Assembly (NCBI GenBank): GCA_964573695.1
Contig: CAZNKB010000001.1
Coordinates: 231 to 64,230 of the forward strand
Direction: 5' to 3'
From: an uncultured Gammaproteobacteria bacterium
GTDB taxonomy: Bacteria; Patescibacteriota; Microgenomatia; UBA10105; UBA927
Length of the DNA: 64,000 bases
A model generated the notes under the pieces. The model did no database searches. It had not been told where the DNA came from and saw only the letters and a list, made by a program, of their open reading frames with translations. Below are positions 59,675 to 64,000 of the stretch, piece by piece. The translations under genes and the position numbers were made by a program. The first letter of the stretch is position 1. Every line of letters begins with the position of its first letter.

Positions 59675-60049
59675 TTAATAAACCTCTACTGCCAAACTCG
59701 CGATTTTATCAAAGCCTTTTTCTTTCGTCTCACGGGCTACTGGTCCGAACACCCGAGTCCCTCTCGGATTCTGATCGGGGGTGTCATCAACGACCACTCC
59801 TGCATTGTCATCGAATCGTATGTATGAACCGTCTGCCCGATGATATTCTTTCCGAGTCCTTACGATGACCACGTGAACCAACTCATCGTCTTTCACTATC
59901 CCCAGCGGATCAGCTTTTTTTACGACGCACTGGACGACATCGCCTAGCGTCGCCGTCATTTTCTGCCCGCCTCCGTAGATGTGGATGACCACCATCTCCT
60001 GAGCGCCTGAATTATCGGCAACTGTAACTTTTGTACGTCGTTGTATCAT
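59675..60049 (-). CDS. rplN: 50S ribosomal protein L14
   Basis: MIQ..T...VADNSGA. Confidence 0.9.
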   Translation of the reverse strand: MIQRRTKVTVADNSGAQEMVVIHIYGGGQKMTATLGDVVQCVVKKADPLGIVKDDELVHVVIVRTRKEYHRADGSYIRFDDNAGVVVDDTPDQNPRGTRVFGPVARETKEKGFDKIASLAVEVY

Positions 60050-60050
60050 A

Positions 60051-60293
60051 TTATTTCGTTAATTTACTCACTACGATAAAATGTTTGGTTTTGCTGATCG
60101 GCTTGGTTTCTACGATAGTGACTTTATCCCCTACGGCAATATCCACTCCGGTTACGTGTGCCACGAAATGCTTGGTGCGTTTGATCGTTTTTCTATACAA
60201 CGGATGTTTTGAAAGCCGAATGACTTCCACAACCGCGGTATCTTTCATACTTGTCGAAATCACCACACCGGTAAATTCTTTGTGTTGTTTCAT
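60051..60293 (-). CDS. rpsQ: 30S ribosomal protein S17
   Basis: G.V.S..M.KT.VV.V.R...HP.Y.K. Confidence 0.85.
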   Translation of the reverse strand: MKQHKEFTGVVISTSMKDTAVVEVIRLSKHPLYRKTIKRTKHFVAHVTGVDIAVGDKVTIVETKPISKTKHFIVVSKLTK

Positions 60294-60511
60294 ACATGAC
60301 CTTCTTTCTGTTGCGACAGTTCTTTTTCGCGTCTGAATGAAAGTGTCACTGCGAGTTTTCGCCGCAATTCTTTCGCTTCCCGACGGTTTTTTACTTCTTT
60401 CGTCAGCATGGTCTGTCCTACGTCACGAATTTGCTTACGTATTTCTTTTGCTTTCTTGTCCAAATCCTTCACTCCCATGCCGCGTAATTCGTCTTTGTCT
60501 CGCTTTTTCAT
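60290..60511 (-). CDS. rpmC: 50S ribosomal protein L29
   Basis: Small helical K/R/E-rich protein in the canonical position between rplP and rpsQ. Confidence 0.75.
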   Translation of the reverse strand: MKKRDKDELRGMGVKDLDKKAKEIRKQIRDVGQTMLTKEVKNRREAKELRRKLAVTLSFRREKELSQQKEGHV

Positions 60512-60924
60512 ACTGTCTTCTCCCGTGTAATAAATTTGCTCTTGATCGGTAATTTGATTCCGGCAAGTCTCATCGCCTGTGCGGCGAGTTCTACATCAAC
60601 TCCGGCCATTTCAAATAATACCCGTCCTGGCCGTACGACACAGACATATTCAGCGACATCACCTTTTCCGCTTCCCATACGGGTTTCCGGAGGTTTTTTT
60701 GTGATTGGCTTATCCGGAAATATCCTAATCCACACTCTTCCTCCGCGGCGGATGTGATGCGTAAGCGCGCGTCGCGACGCTTCTATCTGGCGACTGGAAA
60801 CCCAACCGGATTCCATTGCCTTAAGTCCGTAATCTCCGAAAGACAGCGCTGAACCCCGGAACGACAATCCCCGGCGCTTGCCCCGGAATACTTTTCTATG
60901 TTTTGCTCGTTTTGGTGCTAACAT
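60508..60924 (-). CDS. rplP: 50S ribosomal protein L16
   Basis: ML.PKR.K.RK..RG. Confidence 0.9.
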   Translation of the reverse strand: MLAPKRAKHRKVFRGKRRGLSFRGSALSFGDYGLKAMESGWVSSRQIEASRRALTHHIRRGGRVWIRIFPDKPITKKPPETRMGSGKGDVAEYVCVVRPGRVLFEMAGVDVELAAQAMRLAGIKLPIKSKFITREKTV

Positions 60925-60963
60925 ACTTCTAAATTTTGCTTTTGACTGTTAACTGCTTAACGG

Positions 60964-61644
60964 TCAATTGCTCATGACTTTCTTACAAATCCATACTTTT
61001 ACTCCGACATATCCTGATTTCGTAAGTGACGGCACTTCCGCGTAATCCACTTCTTCCCGAATAGTGGAGAGCGGTATGGTCCCCGCCTTATAGGTCTCGC
61101 GACGGGCAATTTCTGCTCCTGCGATACGTCCTGCCAATTTAATTTTGACGCCGCGCGCGCCGCTGGTCATCACGCGTTCAACCGTCTGCATGCAAATCCG
61201 CTTATGCGGCATACGCTTGATCAATTGGTCTGCGATATTGGTCGCTACGATTTGTGCACTCAAATTCGGTTCTTTCACCGGCTCTACAACCACTTCCACT
61301 TTCGTTTTCTGATTATCAAAGGACGCCTTGCCAAGCTTTTTTTCTTTCGCGATGCGGCGTAGCTCCCCTTCGATAAACTTTTTGATCTCTTCAAGTCCTG
61401 TGCCTCCGCGCCCAATGACAAGACCCGGTCGGGAAACATGAAGGACGACGCGAATTTTGTTTATCGACCGTTCGATTTCAGCCTGTGCCAGACCTGCCGG
61501 CTTCAAGCGTTTTGTCAATGATTCGCGAAGCAATACGTCCTGCAAAAGCAAATCTGCATATCGCGCATCGTCAGCAAACCACCGTGATACCCAGGTATAC
61601 AATGGCCCAAGCCGGAATCCATATGGATGAATTTTTTGTCCCAT
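60964..61644 (-). CDS. rpsC: 30S ribosomal protein S3
   Basis: MGQKIHP.G.RLG; KH domain. Confidence 0.9.
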   Translation of the reverse strand: MGQKIHPYGFRLGPLYTWVSRWFADDARYADLLLQDVLLRESLTKRLKPAGLAQAEIERSINKIRVVLHVSRPGLVIGRGGTGLEEIKKFIEGELRRIAKEKKLGKASFDNQKTKVEVVVEPVKEPNLSAQIVATNIADQLIKRMPHKRICMQTVERVMTSGARGVKIKLAGRIAGAEIARRETYKAGTIPLSTIREEVDYAEVPSLTKSGYVGVKVWICKKVMSN

Positions 61645-61646
61645 AC

Positions 61647-61988
61647 TTATGCACCTTTCTCCTCATCTTTTAATACGACTTTTACGTGTGTCATTCGTTT
61701 CTTGTAGGAATGTGCCATGCCGCGGCTAGCTGCGTGCCAACGTTTGAGCACGGGTCCCCCCATGACATCGATTGCCGCTATTACAAGATTTGCGACTATC
61801 GCTTTTTTCTGTACTGCATTTGCAACTGCCGAATCAATTAGCTTTTTAAGCGGCTCGGACGCTTGCTTCGGAACCGAACCTAAGGCAGAAAGTGCCACGC
61901 CGACCTTTTTGCCGGAAATAGCACGCGCCACCAACCGCACTTTGCGCGGGCTCGTCCGTATATATTTTGCAGTTGCTGTGTATTCCAT
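61647..61988 (-). CDS. rplV: 50S ribosomal protein L22
   Basis: ...A....R.SPRK.R.V...I.G. Confidence 0.85.
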   Translation of the reverse strand: MEYTATAKYIRTSPRKVRLVARAISGKKVGVALSALGSVPKQASEPLKKLIDSAVANAVQKKAIVANLVIAAIDVMGGPVLKRWHAASRGMAHSYKKRMTHVKVVLKDEEKGA

Positions 61989-61994
61989 ATGCGT

Positions 61995-62279
61995 TTATGT
62001 CTTGTCCAATACGCGTTTCGTCACCTGTCCGTGTCCCCGGAAAGTTCGTGTCGGGGCAAATTCGCCCAGGTGATGACCAACCATATTTTCCGTCACAAAT
62101 ACTTCCGTAAATACCCGCCCGTTATGCACGGCAAATGTCACCCCGACGAAATCCGGACTTATTTGACTTGCCCGTGCCCACGTCTTGATCGGTGTATGAT
62201 CTCCCCCTGCTTTTTGTTTGTTAATTTTCGCTAACAAGCGCGGATCGATATATGGTCCTTTTTTGCTGCTTCTACTCAT
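61995..62279 (-). CDS. rpsS: 30S ribosomal protein S19
   Basis: MSRS.KKGP..D..L; GH..GEF.PTR. Confidence 0.9.
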   Translation of the reverse strand: MSRSSKKGPYIDPRLLAKINKQKAGGDHTPIKTWARASQISPDFVGVTFAVHNGRVFTEVFVTENMVGHHLGEFAPTRTFRGHGQVTKRVLDKT

Positions 62280-62282
62280 ATA

Positions 62283-63038
62283 TTATTTCCTCCGACCGAC
62301 GATAAACCGGTCACTATATTTGCGTAATTTCCGAGTTTTCTTGCCGAGTGTCCGCTTGCCCCATGGGCTTTTCGGAGACTTCATACCTATGCCGCTTCTG
62401 CCTTCTCCTCCGCCGTGCGGGTGCGATCTTGGATTCATCGCTACTCCCCGAACCGTGGGGCGAATTCCCATATGCCTTGAACGTCCTGCTGTACCAATCA
62501 CGCGGTTTTTGCGATCTTCATTTCCTACCTGCCCGACCGTTGCTTTGGCGGCTGCATCAAATACGCGCGTTTCCCCGCTGGGGAGCTTGACCTGGATCAA
62601 CTGGCCGTCTTTGGCAAGTACTACAGCTGAATTCCCCGCGGATCTCACCATTTGTGCGCCACGACCCGGCTTGATTTCCAAATTGTGTACCAGGGTGCCA
62701 ACGGGAATACTCCCGAGAGGCAAACAATTACCGACATTCGCATCTATATTAGCCCCCGAAAGCACGCTGTCGTTTACTTTAAGACCCAGGGGGGCTAGTA
62801 TATACCGTTTTTCCCCATCGCGGTAGACCAAAAGCGCGATATCGCTTGAACGGTTCGGATCATAGATGATCTCTTTAACCGTTGCCGGCACACCGTCTTT
62901 ATCCCGTTTCCAGTCAATAATCCGGAAGTAGCGTTTCTGTCGGCCTCCCTGATGACGCACCGACACGTGCCCAAACGCGTCCCGCCCGGAATTTTTGGGT
63001 AATATTTCAACTAGTGATCGTATAAAAAGTTTTTTCAT
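62283..63038 (-). CDS. rplB: 50S ribosomal protein L2
   Basis: ...GRN..G.IT.RH.GGG.K; GT.VHN.E; [12 protein letters not shown]. Confidence 0.9.
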   Translation of the reverse strand: MKKLFIRSLVEILPKNSGRDAFGHVSVRHQGGRQKRYFRIIDWKRDKDGVPATVKEIIYDPNRSSDIALLVYRDGEKRYILAPLGLKVNDSVLSGANIDANVGNCLPLGSIPVGTLVHNLEIKPGRGAQMVRSAGNSAVVLAKDGQLIQVKLPSGETRVFDAAAKATVGQVGNEDRKNRVIGTAGRSRHMGIRPTVRGVAMNPRSHPHGGGEGRSGIGMKSPKSPWGKRTLGKKTRKLRKYSDRFIVGRRK

Positions 63039-63050
63039 AATCCGCGCTGT

Positions 63051-63347
63051 TTAGGCTTTTGCTGCTTGTTCACCGATATCAAAAACCGCGATTTTCTGAC
63101 CGGTCTTGAGACGAACCATTGCCTTTTTCCAATCCGTGTGCCGCTTCATGATCATTTTTTTCCCGGTACGGTGCATCTTGCCGACTCGGCGGATCGTCCG
63201 GACGTCCACAACCGACACATTATAAAGTCGACCTATCTCTTTGGCAATAAATTCTTTCCGGACAAATGCCCCGACTGCAAACGTATACCAGCCACTCTGG
63301 GCAAGTGCCATAGATTTTTCGGTAATGAGCGGACGAGTTGATTTCAT
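63051..63347 (-). CDS. rplW: 50S ribosomal protein L23
   Basis: Canonical position and size between rplD and rplB. Confidence 0.8.
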   Translation of the reverse strand: MKSTRPLITEKSMALAQSGWYTFAVGAFVRKEFIAKEIGRLYNVSVVDVRTIRRVGKMHRTGKKMIMKRHTDWKKAMVRLKTGQKIAVFDIGEQAAKA

Positions 63348-63348
63348 A

Positions 63349-63993
63349 TTATTTCGTAAGCCCCGGTTTTATCGGAGTAAAATGCGCCTTGCTCTCTTCC
63401 AGGGCGCTCTTGGTAAACACTATCTTTTTGTGAGTCAAAAGCATATAAGGATTAAGATCTTTGGCGTTTTGAATGGTCACGTAATCGATATTTCGTGCTG
63501 AACGAACAAGAGATACTGAATCCTTTGCTACGACCAGCAACGCGTTGCTCGTGACTCCTGCTGCCGTTAACGCGTTCACCACGTTTTTCGTCTTGGGTCC
63601 CAATGATTCCAAACCGTCCATAACCAGCGTATCGGCAAGCTTAGCGCTTAAAGCAGATATTAGAGCTCGGCTCCTCATGCTCTTGCTCATTTTCAAGTGA
63701 TAATCACGGGTAACTGGTCCGAAAACGACACCTCCGCCCACAAAAATGGGTGCCCGGATTGAACCATGTCGTGCCTTACCGGTGCCTTTTTGCTTATAAA
63801 TTTTGCGTGAAGAACCTTCTACCTCGCCGCGCGTCTTCGCGTGCGCGCCGCCTTCCCGCTGATTTGCAAGATATACGCGGACTGATTGGGCGAGAAGATT
63901 TTTGTTTACTTCGCTCCCGAATAATTCTTTGGGCAGCGTCACCTTTCCCCCTGCTTTGCCGTCAACGCCATAGACAGATACGGAAAGTGCCAC
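63349..63993 (-). CDS. rplD: 50S ribosomal protein L4
   Basis: ...KQKGTG.AR.GS.R.P...GGG..FGP. Confidence 0.9.
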   Translation of the reverse strand: MALSVSVYGVDGKAGGKVTLPKELFGSEVNKNLLAQSVRVYLANQREGGAHAKTRGEVEGSSRKIYKQKGTGKARHGSIRAPIFVGGGVVFGPVTRDYHLKMSKSMRSRALISALSAKLADTLVMDGLESLGPKTKNVVNALTAAGVTSNALLVVAKDSVSLVRSARNIDYVTIQNAKDLNPYMLLTHKKIVFTKSALEESKAHFTPIKPGLTK

Positions 63994-64000
63994 TTCCTTC

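Noticed and set aside
43034-64000. Numerous antisense six-frame ORFs inside ribosomal protein genes (e.g. 43049-43471+, 43890-44432+, 52313-52753+)
   Set aside because: Each lies fully within a well-supported, highly conserved gene on the opposite strand and lacks translation signals.

Overview
The window reads as a gene-dense, mostly minus-strand bacterial segment with Candidate Phyla Radiation (CPR)-like features: small genes, no L30 between rpsE and rplO, and many SD-type ribosome-binding sites. A large S10/spc/alpha ribosomal-protein cluster (rplD ... rplQ, rpsI) fills about 43-64 kb. An unusual 5.7-kb insertion of two sulfatase-like genes, a hypothetical gene and an alkaline-phosphatase-superfamily gene sits between map and infA. 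Housekeeping genes are present: greA, era, gltX, aspS, recJ, cca, secDF, miaAB, rny, recX, recA, hup, trmH-like and an ABC-2 exporter. Elements the ORF track does not show, called by eye: RNase P RNA (rnpB, ~27769-28143, overlapped by five spurious ORFs), a tRNA-Pro(GGG) embedded in an odd split/nested tRNA locus (40461-40740), and two small genes below the ORF-size cutoff, rpmJ (46894-47007) and a DUF5679-type zinc ribbon (25908-26048). Most notable observations: (1) an AspRS that lacks the bacterial GAD insertion but carries a C-terminal YbaK/ProX-type deacylase domain; (2) a 1.5-kb almost non-coding island (16275-17775) with a near-consensus sigma70 promoter, a putative ~100-140-nt structured sRNA, at least four intrinsic terminators, two small ORFs (one Cys/His-rich, with a strong RBS) and a pair of conserved repeat hairpins; (3) the nested tRNA-Pro arrangement with compensatory base changes and an 11-bp inverted repeat flanking the inner tRNA. 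No CRISPR array, rRNA or obvious intact mobile element was seen.
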